From the IMG/VR virus record IMGVR_UViG_3300031911_000003, positions 11,196-75,195 of that record: a DNA stretch of 64,000 nucleotides; one strand, written 5' to 3'. The notes beneath the pieces were generated by a model. It was not told the DNA's origin. It was given only the letters and a program-made list of their open reading frames with translations, and did not search any database. This DNA is from a virus. Lineage: Duplodnaviria > Caudoviricetes. Of the stretch, positions 9,282 to 18,573 are shown one piece after another. Within the stretch, counting starts at the first letter, position 1. The number at the start of each line of letters is the position of its first letter. The translations under genes were made by a program, and so were the position numbers.

Positions 9282-9649
9282 GACCGCACCTCGAACCGCA
9301 TGCGGCATGCCCACAGTCCGCGATGCAAGTGCTTCCCGACGTCACCCTCGACAATAGAGCGCGGCGTGACGAACGAGGCGACGAGCTCTTCGCCGACGCA
9401 GACGAGGTTCTCTAGCACCCGCGTGACGTGCGGCTGCCCTCCGCGGTCGCAGATACGGACGGTGACGCGGGTGGCGCTGCGCAGCCTGCCGAGGTTTTTC
9501 TCTACGGAGTCTTCGCCGTGCGTGAGCTGTACGAGCAAGACGACGTGCCGCGCGCCGACCTCTACGGCGTCAACGAAGGGGTACTCCTCTTCGTCTACGA
9601 GGAGCCTCGTGTCGCACAGCTCTAGTCTGTAGCTGTCAAGTCTTGCCAT
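9278..9649 (-). CDS. Hypothetical protein
   Basis: 123 aa, coupled start and stop inside the late operon. Confidence 0.5.
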   Translation of the reverse strand: MARLDSYRLELCDTRLLVDEEEYPFVDAVEVGARHVVLLVQLTHGEDSVEKNLGRLRSATRVTVRICDRGGQPHVTRVLENLVCVGEELVASFVTPRSIVEGDVGKHLHRGLWACRMRFEVRS

Positions 9650-9903
9650 CAGGTCTTCACTCCTCCAAGCGCCGCGACGATGCGCGTGAGCGCCTTCACC
9701 GTCTGCGCGAGTTCGAGAACTATGCCAGCGCCGACTACCTGGTAGACGGCGCGCTCTTCGTCCGACTGCGTCGGCGTTATGTCCTTGCCGGTGAAGGCGA
9801 GCAATCCCGCGAGCGAGTGGTACTGCGCCCGCATCACCGACTCGGGATCGGCATCGGGAATGCTCCCCGCCTGAACTTCAGCGAGGAGCTCTAGCGCTTT
9901 TTT
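9649..9903 (-). CDS. Tail assembly chaperone -1 frameshift extension (GT-like)
   Basis: An open -1 frame continues KKALELLAEVQAG... from the slippery site A AAA AAG at 9897-9903. Confidence 0.75.
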   Translation of the reverse strand, partial: KKALELLAEVQAGSIPDADPESVMRAQYHSLAGLLAFTGKDITPTQSDEERAVYQVVGAGIVLELAQTVKALTRIVAALGGVKT

Positions 9904-10433
9904 ACGCGGTCGCCTCCGTCGGCGCCGAGCGACATGAACCATCTGGTCGGCAGCACCTGCTCGACGGCGTCGCACATGCGGCGGCGCAAGAGCTCTAGCT
10001 TCGCGCGATCGGGGAACAGCACGGCGTTCAAGAAGTACTCACCTGCCGCGCGCCCGGCCTCGTCGGCGTCCCGACTCTTGGCCTTCCGCTCGAGGTCGCG
10101 GCGCATGGCCTTGACCTCCGTCGGCGTCATGCGCTTCACGATCGCCCCAGCGTAGAAGGTCGGGTGGACGATGGCGCGCACCACGTCGCGCTCGTCGGCA
10201 CCCTTAACCGTCTGGTTCTCGAGGCGCAGCCGCTCGTAGGCGGCTTCGGCGTCGGCGACGGCGGCGTCGTACGCCTCTTCCGTCACCTCGTCCTGCGCGT
10301 CGTCTTCCTGCTCGGGCAGCCAGCCGGCGTGCGTCGCCGCCAGGCACAGCACCCAGCGCCGCGTGCCCTTTAGCTGCGCCCACTCCTCGACAGTCCGAAT
10401 TTCCGGTTGACGTTTCGTATCCGTTTCGCTCAT
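9891..10433 (-). CDS. Tail assembly chaperone (G-like)
   Basis: Acidic helical 180 aa downstream of the tube gene, ending GTA AAA AAG CGC TAG; ACCATCC 5 nt upstream. Confidence 0.75.
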   Translation of the reverse strand: MSETDTKRQPEIRTVEEWAQLKGTRRWVLCLAATHAGWLPEQEDDAQDEVTEEAYDAAVADAEAAYERLRLENQTVKGADERDVVRAIVHPTFYAGAIVKRMTPTEVKAMRRDLERKAKSRDADEAGRAAGEYFLNAVLFPDRAKLELLRRRMCDAVEQVLPTRWFMSLGADGGDRVKKR

Positions 10434-10491
10434 GATGCGGATGGTAGGAGGTACCAGATGACAGACAAATCAACGACTCAAGGATTTAAAA

Positions 10492-10731
10492 ATGATCATC
10501 GTTAATCGAAAGGCTTTACTTATGAGTTTGGCTGATGCAAAACGCTTTGCCGACTCGAAGTCGACGATGCCGTTTGTGATCGGTGTGAACGGCAAGTACG
10601 CGCTGCAGGCTCTCGAGCGCATCGACAGCGCTCTGGTCTGGATCGGCATGAACGACGAGCTTGATCCGCTCGTGTTCAAGGCGAGTCGTTGCGCGGAGGA
10701 TCTCCACGTCGTCATGCCGATGAGGCTGTGA
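10492..10731 (+). CDS. 79-aa mini DNA polymerase III beta-clamp (DnaN) derivative
   Basis: N-terminus IIVNRKALLMSL...KSTMP resembles a clamp domain start; the rest IGVNGKYALQAL...DELDPLVF...HVVMPMRL matches the DnaN C-terminus (E. coli IGFNVSYVLDVL...YVVMPMRL). Confidence 0.75.
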   Translation: MIIVNRKALLMSLADAKRFADSKSTMPFVIGVNGKYALQALERIDSALVWIGMNDELDPLVFKASRCAEDLHVVMPMRL

Positions 10732-10781
10732 GTACACTGGGCCGAATGGGTCACGGATACTCTTTCGATGATTATCTTCGA

Positions 10782-11279
10782 CTAGCCGGCGTTGACGCCG
10801 ACGATGTCGGCGAACTGCGGGATGATCTTGCCACCCGAGCCGAACTCGATGTAGCCGCAGTAGCAGGGGATGTCCATACCGAGCACCGCCGGCCCGGTCG
10901 AGCTGTCGAAGTTCCACTCGTTGACGATTACGTACAACGTGTCCGTCTCGACGACAGCGGCCTCGGGGTGGACGAAGCTCACCGTGATGACGATGAAGCC
11001 CTCGAACATGCCCTTGCCAGGGATCGAGGCCACCTGCCGGAAGGCGTCACGCGCCGCCCGGTTGATGCTGAAGCTCGCCTCGTAGCTGAGCGCCCCGCGC
11101 GTCACGCCCTGCGGCAGCGGCGAGGTACCGCGGGCCTCCTCTCGCGAAACCTTGGCCGAGTAGCTGATCTTGGTGAACTGCGTGAAGAGCCGGTCGCCGG
11201 GAAACTTCGCTTCGATGTCTGCGTGCTGATACTGAACGTTGTTGAAGCCGGGAGCGAACCGGCGGGTAAGCTGCGCCAT
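10782..11279 (-). CDS. Tail tube protein
   Basis: 165 aa from ATG 11279 (MAQLTRRF...ISYSAKVSREEARG...GALSYEASFSI), beta-rich, immediately after the sheath gene. Confidence 0.8.
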   Translation of the reverse strand: MAQLTRRFAPGFNNVQYQHADIEAKFPGDRLFTQFTKISYSAKVSREEARGTSPLPQGVTRGALSYEASFSINRAARDAFRQVASIPGKGMFEGFIVITVSFVHPEAAVVETDTLYVIVNEWNFDSSTGPAVLGMDIPCYCGYIEFGSGGKIIPQFADIVGVNAG

Positions 11280-11284
11280 CTGAG

Positions 11285-14125
11285 TTACACTCCCACTGTG
11301 AAGGTGTCTGAGATCGTGACCGCGAAGCCGATGGTTCCATCGAGCTTGAGCACCTTGGCGAGCGGCACCATGGTGAGCGACCAGGCGACGGTCAGCGTTC
11401 GCGCGGTCTGCTCGATGCGCGAGACGCCGAAGGTGAAGGCCGACACGTGGTTCACGCCGTTGTCGTTGATGAGGCCTCCGTTGTTGAGATCGCCCCGCAC
11501 GCGTCGCTCGATCTGCTGCGCCTGCACCTCGGCGAGCGTGCCCGTCGCAGGATCGGTCAGCACGTTGGCGTTCAAGATGACGGCCAAAGAGCGATTGACG
11601 CGGCGGAACGCCCTGTTCATGACGCGCCGTCGCTCCCAGAAGATGAAGTCGTTGCCGTCGTCTACGAGGTTCAGCGTCTGCCGGATGAATACGCCATCGT
11701 ACTCGACGAGCGTACGGCCCGTGGTGACGTTCTGCGCGTGCAGCTCGAGGAGCGCCGAATCCGACTCCCACAGCGCGGCCCGCTCCTCGGTGCCTTCGGC
11801 TACGGTGTGGAGTCCCGTACCGGGGATCGCGAACTGGGTGCCGTCGGCTGTGAGTACGCTGCAGAGCGTCTGGTTCGGCGACTGGCTGATCACTACGTTC
11901 ATGCAGCGCGCGAGATCCAGACACGCCCGGCTCTTCTGCATCTGGCAGCCGTACAGCGTCACGATCGTGTCCTGCTCACCTCCCGCGTAGTTGACGATGC
12001 CGCCCGAGCTGCGCGGCGAGGGCAGCGCGGCGTTGAAGTTCGCGGCCCACAAGAGGTCGTCAGACTGCAGCTGCGTCACGCGGTAGAGGCCCTGCACGGT
12101 TCCCCAGAGCGGCACCTTCTTGCTGTCCTTGACGTCGCGGAGCCACGCCTCGAAGACCTGGTAGGTGGCGTTGTCGCAGTCGTCCTGTACAAGGTGGACG
12201 TGCTCGATGTTCTGTAGGGTCTTCAAGTACGTCGACTTCAGCGTCTCGAGCGCGGCGGAGAGTCCCGCCAGGTCGAAGCGCGGCGGCGTCGTGTAGCTCG
12301 TCCACTCGTCTCCCGCCTCGACGGCGACGGGCAGCGAGACGAACTCATCCCACGCTCCAGCGATCCCGAGGCCCGTCCCGGTGACGGTTGGCGCCGTCAC
12401 GAGCGCCAACACGGAGGCGGGCGCGGTGCCGTAGAGGGTCACGAGGTCGTTCGGCGTCGAGGTTTGCGCGCCGTTGGTGTCGGTGGCGAGCGTTACCGTG
12501 ACGTCGAGCCCCGCAGCAGTGATGCCCGCGGCGGTGCTCTGACCCGAGGCGACTTGACGGACGCGGACACCCGGTTTCTTGGCCGTCCAGAGCGTACCGC
12601 CGTTCGGCGCGAGCCCCGGCCCAGCACTGGCGACGAGCCCTAGGCCCGTGCCTACGGTGTCCACTGCGTTTACGAGGAGCCGCGCGGCGAGCGTGCCGGC
12701 CGAGACGTCCGTCTCGAAGAAAGCCTTCGCGGCGGCTCCCGTCGTCGTCGCGGCGGCGTCCACACCGCCCGCGAGCGGCGTCGCCCCGTGCGTGTCGCCC
12801 GGCGCGGCGAGGACGTTGCCGTTCGTCCCGCCGGTAGCGGTGACGCTGCCGAACGTCGTGCTGACTGGGAAATGGGCCTTGACGTTGGCGACGGTAGTCA
12901 CGCCGTCGTCGTAGTGGACGGTGATCGCGTTGCCGATGACAGACACGGCGTCTGTCCCATCCTCCACGAATGCCACGGTGATCGAGTTTCCGCCGGCGCC
13001 GGCCGTCGCAGAAGCGAACGTCAGCCCAGCGAGGTTGCCGCCGAAGCCCGCGTAGCTCGCCGCCACCGCGCCGCTCGTCGCGGTGGTGAAGGTGACGGCC
13101 GAGCCAACGACGCCGAAGCTCGGCGTCGCGTTGTCCGTCGTCGGGACATCGACCTCGATCGAGGCTCCGGCTGTGGCGAACGTCCAGACGGTGTCCCCGT
13201 TGACGGTCGCGCCCGCCGCGCGATAGGCACCGTAGAGCGTCTTGGCGACGGTGCCCTGAGCAAAAGTCGCGCGGATGCCGGTGTGCCAGCGGGTGAATCC
13301 GCCCGGATGGGTGTACAGGTCCAGCTCGCCCAACTGCGGGATCGTGAAGGCGGGGGACCACGTCACACCGTCGTCCGCCGACCAGCGCACCTGCGGCTGC
13401 TGCGCGCCAGAGACGGTGATCTGCCCGCCGCGCGTCGACTGGAAGCGCAGGTGGTCGAAGCGGTCTAGCGGCCCGGCGTACTCGAAGCTGAGAGCCGTCG
13501 TGCCGACGGGGTCGACTGGGGCGCCGCCCGAAGTCTGCGTGCGGTAGCGCACCATGGCCTTCACGCGCTCGCCGGCCGCGGTGCCGAAGGTACCGGGGCC
13601 GTTCACGGCGTAGGCCGCCTGCCGCGCCTGCCCGGCCTCGTCGAGGTAGTCGACGACGGCGACGTGTGCGACGGTGCCGGCGCCGTGCGTGCTCGTGAGC
13701 GGGAGCGGTGATGGGGGCGTCGCGAACCCGCCCTGGCGATCGACAGCCGCACCGCCGGGGATCGGGTCGGGAGCGGCGGCGAGCCCATCGAAGGTGGCCG
13801 CCGCGAGCGACAAGACCGAAGGCGATGGGGCGGAACCCGCGGGGCGCTTGACGACGGAGCCGAACGTCCCCGGCTCGGCGGCCAGCACCTGGAAGCCGTA
13901 GACCGTGCGGTTGCAGTTCGCGATGTGCGGCCCGCTGTCGCTCGCGAGGGGGCCGACGCCGAGGCGGTTCACGGTCGCAAGTTCCCGCATGACGACGGGC
14001 TTGCCAACGATGTACGCCGAGGCGACGCCGATCTTCAGGATAGTGCCTTCCTGCGTGTCGGCTACGGTGGACAGGTTGCCGTTGAGCTCCCTGATGTTCA
14101 AGGCCGGGTTCGGAGTGCCGCTCAT
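11285..14125 (-). CDS. Contractile tail sheath protein
   Basis: 946 aa; sheath C-terminal domain 'ERRRVMNRAFRRV...IERRVRGDL...LTVAWSLTMVPLAKVLKLDGTIGF'; followed by the tube gene. Confidence 0.88.
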   Translation of the reverse strand: MSGTPNPALNIRELNGNLSTVADTQEGTILKIGVASAYIVGKPVVMRELATVNRLGVGPLASDSGPHIANCNRTVYGFQVLAAEPGTFGSVVKRPAGSAPSPSVLSLAAATFDGLAAAPDPIPGGAAVDRQGGFATPPSPLPLTSTHGAGTVAHVAVVDYLDEAGQARQAAYAVNGPGTFGTAAGERVKAMVRYRTQTSGGAPVDPVGTTALSFEYAGPLDRFDHLRFQSTRGGQITVSGAQQPQVRWSADDGVTWSPAFTIPQLGELDLYTHPGGFTRWHTGIRATFAQGTVAKTLYGAYRAAGATVNGDTVWTFATAGASIEVDVPTTDNATPSFGVVGSAVTFTTATSGAVAASYAGFGGNLAGLTFASATAGAGGNSITVAFVEDGTDAVSVIGNAITVHYDDGVTTVANVKAHFPVSTTFGSVTATGGTNGNVLAAPGDTHGATPLAGGVDAAATTTGAAAKAFFETDVSAGTLAARLLVNAVDTVGTGLGLVASAGPGLAPNGGTLWTAKKPGVRVRQVASGQSTAAGITAAGLDVTVTLATDTNGAQTSTPNDLVTLYGTAPASVLALVTAPTVTGTGLGIAGAWDEFVSLPVAVEAGDEWTSYTTPPRFDLAGLSAALETLKSTYLKTLQNIEHVHLVQDDCDNATYQVFEAWLRDVKDSKKVPLWGTVQGLYRVTQLQSDDLLWAANFNAALPSPRSSGGIVNYAGGEQDTIVTLYGCQMQKSRACLDLARCMNVVISQSPNQTLCSVLTADGTQFAIPGTGLHTVAEGTEERAALWESDSALLELHAQNVTTGRTLVEYDGVFIRQTLNLVDDGNDFIFWERRRVMNRAFRRVNRSLAVILNANVLTDPATGTLAEVQAQQIERRVRGDLNNGGLINDNGVNHVSAFTFGVSRIEQTARTLTVAWSLTMVPLAKVLKLDGTIGFAVTISDTFTVGV

Positions 14126-14131
14126 GCCTCC

Positions 14132-14149
14132 CGATGGTCGGGACCATCC
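14132..14149. promoter_or_regulatory. Pair of divergent ACCATC late boxes
   Basis: CGATGGT-CGGG-ACCATCC; 6 nt to the sheath ATG (minus) and 5 nt to ATG 14155 (plus). Confidence 0.75.
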
Positions 14150-14154
14150 TGATT

Positions 14155-14496
14155 ATGAGGATCGCACCGCAGGTCACGCCGCCCGCCTCTCCAGACGCAG
14201 TCAAGGATCTATCGCCGCCAGGTTCCATACTCCTATCAGGGACTAACGCGCTGCAGCTCACGGCGAAGGTGACCGCCGGCACGCTGACGCTCGAGCCGCG
14301 CTTCTGGGATGGCTCGAGCTGGGTGCCGCTGCGGGGGGACGCCGTCGTTGGCTCGTCCGCCGTCGTCGCCGACTTCGCCACCGCGCCCATCGCCTCGCTG
14401 ACCATGCGCAGGGCGGCGGAGCCCCGGTGGTGGGTCGTGATCCAGTCCGGCGGGGGGACCTTGGACTACTGCGACATCTCGGAGGCGGTGAAGTAG
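14155..14496 (+). CDS. Putative small virion protein (beta-rich)
   Basis: ATG 14155 has ACCATCC 5 nt upstream; abuts the next gene. Confidence 0.55.
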   Translation: MRIAPQVTPPASPDAVKDLSPPGSILLSGTNALQLTAKVTAGTLTLEPRFWDGSSWVPLRGDAVVGSSAVVADFATAPIASLTMRRAAEPRWWVVIQSGGGTLDYCDISEAVK

Positions 14497-16050
14497 ATGG
14501 CCGAGAAGCTAGCCGTAGTCCTCGTCGACCCGGCGACCGGTCTGCCATACGTCGCGATTCCGGTCACTGTCGGGGCAGGCATCAATCGCGAGACGCAGGG
14601 GGATATAACCTCGACGCAGAGCTTCGAGGTCAACACCGCGGCCTGCGGGACGGCTCGCATCGAGATCACAGACACGGATCCCATGCTGCCGTGGGCCGGC
14701 ACGATCCGCTTCGAATACACGATCAACAACGGGACGACGTGGAACCCCCTTGCGATGGATCCGGACGGCGGCGGGGGGCCAGTCTCTCAAACGACCGCCA
14801 ACGGCGAGTGGTCCACCGAAGTCAGCGCTTACGGCAAGATCCGCGCAATCGGCGACACGGTGAGCGCCAACAGCGCCCGCGTATACCTCTCTGCCTCGAC
14901 AGCGACCTCGACCGTCGTGCTCGGCATGCCCCTTCCTGCTGGCAACAGCACTATCGGCAAGGTGAAGGTCACAGATGGCACAGACGACCTCGCGATAGAC
15001 GGGTTGGGTCGCGCAGCAGTTCAGAATCCGCCGAACCTCGACGCTGCGCTGTCCTCGCGCGCCACTGAGGTGACGCTGCAGACCGTAGCGAAGGAAACGA
15101 CTCTGTCGGCGCAACTCGACGCCAAGACCTCAACTCTGGCCAGGGAGTCAGGCGGGAACCTCGCGGCCTCCGCGAGTTCCCTGGCTTCGATTGACGGCAA
15201 GTTCACAAACCCCTTGCCGGTGTCTGCCGCCTCGCTGCCTCTACCCTCCGGAGCCGCCAAGGACGCGACGCTGACGAGCGGAGATGCTTTCGTGCGCCTA
15301 ACGTCCGATAAGACGAATCCGGCCGTGGTGGCCAACAGCGCGCCGTCGGGCACCGAATACGCTCTCGTCACGCGCAACATCCCGAGCGGGACGCAGTCAG
15401 TGAGCGGCCCGCTCACCGACGCGCAGCTGCGAGCCCTCGCAGTGCCTGTCTCCGGTACACTGTCCGTCTCCAACACCTTCGCGCTAGACGCCACGCTCGC
15501 CAAGCTCACCGTGAGCCAGGGCGCGAGCCTGGGCAGCAACACGCAGGCGCTCGTCGGCGCGTCCGTCACTACGGCGGCTCCAGCCTACTCTACGGGCCAG
15601 ATCTCGCCGCTCAGCATAAAGACGGACGGCTCGCTGCGCACCGCCGACTCCCAGATCGGCATCGCGGGCTCGCCCCACGCCGCCGTGTTCAGCGTCCAAG
15701 GCGTATCGGGCGGGACGGTCGTTCCGATCGGGCAGGCCGTGGCATCAGCCCTCAACGCGACCATGGTAGGTGGTGGTGCTTCAAAAACGGTCATATCCTC
15801 GGCGACGACGACGCAGGTGAAGTCAGGCACGGGCGTGCTGTACGCGATCGTTTATGACGCCACCATCGGGTTAAACGTCGTAGGCTACGATGATGTCGGG
15901 GGCGGCACGGCCAACCAGTTCATTGCGCGGTCGACTACCGTCACATCTGGCTCGATAGAGTTCGGGCCGTTCGGCGTCTCATTCTCGAACGGGCTGAAGA
16001 TCGTCACGACGGGTGGCGTCTCCATCTTCGTCGTGGTAATCTATCGCTGA
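14497..16050 (+). CDS. Putative tail fibre / virion structural protein
   Basis: 517 aa, Ala/Thr/Ser/Gly-rich with beta-sandwich-like termini; in a late unit. Confidence 0.55.
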   Translation: MAEKLAVVLVDPATGLPYVAIPVTVGAGINRETQGDITSTQSFEVNTAACGTARIEITDTDPMLPWAGTIRFEYTINNGTTWNPLAMDPDGGGGPVSQTTANGEWSTEVSAYGKIRAIGDTVSANSARVYLSASTATSTVVLGMPLPAGNSTIGKVKVTDGTDDLAIDGLGRAAVQNPPNLDAALSSRATEVTLQTVAKETTLSAQLDAKTSTLARESGGNLAASASSLASIDGKFTNPLPVSAASLPLPSGAAKDATLTSGDAFVRLTSDKTNPAVVANSAPSGTEYALVTRNIPSGTQSVSGPLTDAQLRALAVPVSGTLSVSNTFALDATLAKLTVSQGASLGSNTQALVGASVTTAAPAYSTGQISPLSIKTDGSLRTADSQIGIAGSPHAAVFSVQGVSGGTVVPIGQAVASALNATMVGGGASKTVISSATTTQVKSGTGVLYAIVYDATIGLNVVGYDDVGGGTANQFIARSTTVTSGSIEFGPFGVSFSNGLKIVTTGGVSIFVVVIYR

Positions 16051-16550
16051 TGCGTGCAATGCTCGCCCTATTGACCTCGATCACCCTCGGGTGCGGAGAC
16101 TCGCAGCGCCTGACATCTGCGATACCACCTGCTCGAGAGCCAAGCCCCATCCCCTCGAATCCAGTGTGCGCGAGCAGCAGCCGCTTGGGGTTCTGGGTCG
16201 GGGACTGCTTGCAGCGATGGTGCCTCCCCGTAGACGCGGATCTGGTCTTCTCCGTGAACGTCAACCGACGCTTCGCCTACTCGAATAGAGAGCTGCCACG
16301 CTTCGCAGCCGCGCTCGATCGAGCGCAGTGCCCAGAGCAGGGCGGCGCCTATCGGGTGCTCGTCCTCGATCTCAGCTTCGAGTTCGTGGGGGCAAACCTG
16401 TTCATGTTCGATCCGGTGAGGCAGTGCGCGGATTACGAGTGCGGGGGCGAAATAGAAGATCAGTGGGCGGTCAAGGATCCAAGTCGGCTGCTCTATGACC
16501 TCAAAGAGCTGTCCCTCGCCGAGTTCCTAGACGCGTACGGCCCGAATTAA
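16050..16550 (+). CDS. Putative lipoprotein
   Basis: Short hydrophobic signal ending in LGC (MRAMLALLTSITLG-C), several further Cys; TGATG-coupled to the upstream gene. Confidence 0.5.
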   Translation: MRAMLALLTSITLGCGDSQRLTSAIPPAREPSPIPSNPVCASSSRLGFWVGDCLQRWCLPVDADLVFSVNVNRRFAYSNRELPRFAAALDRAQCPEQGGAYRVLVLDLSFEFVGANLFMFDPVRQCADYECGGEIEDQWAVKDPSRLLYDLKELSLAEFLDAYGPN

Positions 16551-17168
16551 TCAGCCCTCGCAGGATCGCGGGTCGCACCCTATAGCAGCGATCCAGGCCA
16601 TCCGCACCCCACCATTATCACTCCGAGGACCGGTAGCCGTCTCCTCTTTCTTCTCAGGCTTCTTGGCCGTTTTGTCGCTGCAGCTCTTCTGATCGTACTC
16701 ACACGTTCGAGGCGTAGCGCGCCTGCACTTATAACAATCCGGGCACGCAGGCACGCACTTGGCGGCGAACATAATTCGAGCGGCGGGCACTATCCCAAGC
16801 GCACCCCAGATGGCCAAAGAGAGCAGAAGCGTCGACGCTCCGATCTTGGCGGCGATGCGCAGGACGTCCTTGTGGACGGCGTCGACCTTGGCACCGATCG
16901 TGTTGTGGGCATCGGTGACGGCGCGCTCCGATCGCGCGATGTCCTTGTCGGCGTCGGTGCGCAAGTCGGTGAGGAGCTTTTCCTGCCGCGCGTGCGAGGT
17001 GTCAGTGAGGACCTTCACCCAGTCGAGCAGCTTCGGGATGCCCTTCCATACGGACCACAGCGCTGCGAGCAGGATGCCGGCGAGTAGCGCCGACAAGAGG
17101 GTGATGACGAATATGAGCGGCGTGCGCTGCGCGAGCTCCGTTGCGGCCTTGACGTACTCGGGTTGCAT
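16551..17168 (-). CDS. Late membrane protein (two TMs, coiled coil, Cys-rich C-terminus); lysis candidate
   Basis: Start re-assigned to ATG 17168 because ACCATCC lies 6 nt upstream; TM segments plus CVPACPDCYKC...CEYDQKSC. Confidence 0.6.
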   Translation of the reverse strand: MQPEYVKAATELAQRTPLIFVITLLSALLAGILLAALWSVWKGIPKLLDWVKVLTDTSHARQEKLLTDLRTDADKDIARSERAVTDAHNTIGAKVDAVHKDVLRIAAKIGASTLLLSLAIWGALGIVPAARIMFAAKCVPACPDCYKCRRATPRTCEYDQKSCSDKTAKKPEKKEETATGPRSDNGGVRMAWIAAIGCDPRSCEG

Positions 17169-17184
17169 GCGAGAGGATGGTGGG

Positions 17185-17367
17185 ATGTCGAAAGCAACTC
17201 TCGTCTGCAAACAGTGCGGGTGGACGGCGAGAAGAGAACTCTTAAACGCAACGGTCTGTCGTGGCCACCGCGAGACGCCGACACAGACCGCGATTTGTCC
17301 GAAGTGCCGTGTCGAGATGGATCGACCAGAAGAGCATCTTCGGTGGACAGCCTACAACGTCCACTAA
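17185..17367 (+). CDS. Small zinc-ribbon protein
   Basis: MSKATLVCKQCGW...ICPKCRVEM, two CxxC; TAATG-coupled to the next gene. Confidence 0.55.
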   Translation: MSKATLVCKQCGWTARRELLNATVCRGHRETPTQTAICPKCRVEMDRPEEHLRWTAYNVH

Positions 17368-17801
17368 TGCTCACCCGATGCGCATACGTCGAGTGGCGCG
17401 AGCCGCTAGTTCCGCGCAACGCGCCAACGCTCACCGAGAAGCGGGCGGCTTCCGCCGCCCTTGCCAAGCACGTCGGTGGGCGGGCCGAACTGAATCGCAG
17501 GACTGGACAACTCGCCGACGAGTTCGTCTCCGTTCTCAACGATCAACTCGCCGACATCCGCTCGCCGCTGCGCGTCGACAACTCCGCGCCGTTCGACGGT
17601 ACGCTGAGACTGAGATTCGTTGGCAGATCTCGATTCACCGATCTGGAGCTTCACTACGACGATGTCAGCTTCAATGGCTTCAACCTGCACAGCTATTGCG
17701 AGAACCAGATCGACCCGCCTACGGGCCGGGTTCCCCCTCTTGCGGAGAAACGAGGGCGCCCGGCGGGTCTTCCCACTCGCCGCTACCGGCGTCCGCTGTA
17801 G
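17367..17801 (+). CDS. Hypothetical protein
   Basis: Coupled start at 17367; no recognised motif. Confidence 0.45.
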   Translation: MLTRCAYVEWREPLVPRNAPTLTEKRAASAALAKHVGGRAELNRRTGQLADEFVSVLNDQLADIRSPLRVDNSAPFDGTLRLRFVGRSRFTDLELHYDDVSFNGFNLHSYCENQIDPPTGRVPPLAEKRGRPAGLPTRRYRRPL

Positions 17802-18501
17802 GTACCGTGCGGTTGAACTTGCTGCGCACGATGGGCGCGCTGATGATGACCGTCATCTGCCACACGAGGCCACGGTCGCCGGGCCTGTCCTCGACGTAGC
17901 CACCATTGCGCGCCGTGAACCCCTCACCTAGCCGCTCGGGCTGCGAGCGCTCTAGGTCGTGGGCGCAGCTCGCGATCCAGTGGGCAAGCAGGAATGTGTC
18001 GCCCCAACTGTTACCCCACACGAGCACGGTCCACGGGAGGAGCAACACGCCCGTCCTCGTGTACGGGAAGTCCGCCTGCGAGCTCTCGCTAGTCAGGCCG
18101 AGTAGCGGGTAGGCGGCGCCGGGTCCGATCCTGTCGGCCGGCAAGTCGTCCTGTCGCCTGCTCGTACCAATGCGGTCGGGAGCGCCGCGGTAGCTGGCGT
18201 CAGGGAAACGAGGAGGTGTCCACAGGACGCTCTGCGGCGCGTTCTGGGTGCTCGGCCAGCGCGCCCCGACGAAGTAGTGCCCTGCCGTCGTGCGGGTGGC
18301 CTGCCTCTCGCCGCCCGGCCCCGTGTAGCTCCCAAGCTCCCATCGCTCGTTCAGGTGCGGCTGCCTCGGTTGCTCGCGCGTCCCAGTATGAGGGTAGGCT
18401 AAAGGTGGACAGATGTCGCTCACCGCTGACATGATCCGGGCGATGTGGGGCAACTCTACGCCGTCGTACTCAGGAAGCGCGTCAGGGCTCGTTTCAGGCA
18501 T
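17719..18501 (-). CDS. Probable tail completion/terminator protein
   Basis: Follows the head-tail adaptor; 'WTVLVWGNSWGDTFLLAHWIAS...LVWQMTVIISAPI' fits a tail-terminator-type fold. Mostly positional. Confidence 0.45.
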   Translation of the reverse strand: MPETSPDALPEYDGVELPHIARIMSAVSDICPPLAYPHTGTREQPRQPHLNERWELGSYTGPGGERQATRTTAGHYFVGARWPSTQNAPQSVLWTPPRFPDASYRGAPDRIGTSRRQDDLPADRIGPGAAYPLLGLTSESSQADFPYTRTGVLLLPWTVLVWGNSWGDTFLLAHWIASCAHDLERSQPERLGEGFTARNGGYVEDRPGDRGLVWQMTVIISAPIVRSKFNRTVPTADAGSGEWEDPPGALVSPQEGEPGP

Positions 18502-18573
18502 TGGTAATGCTCCCGGTCCACCCGTACCCCGAAGTCCCAACCACGGAGCTCCTAGACCCGTTTACGGCGATGT

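Noticed and set aside
12345-14405. 686-aa plus-strand ORF
   Set aside because: Arg-rich antisense shadow of the sheath gene, a common high-GC artefact; no motif and no start signal.
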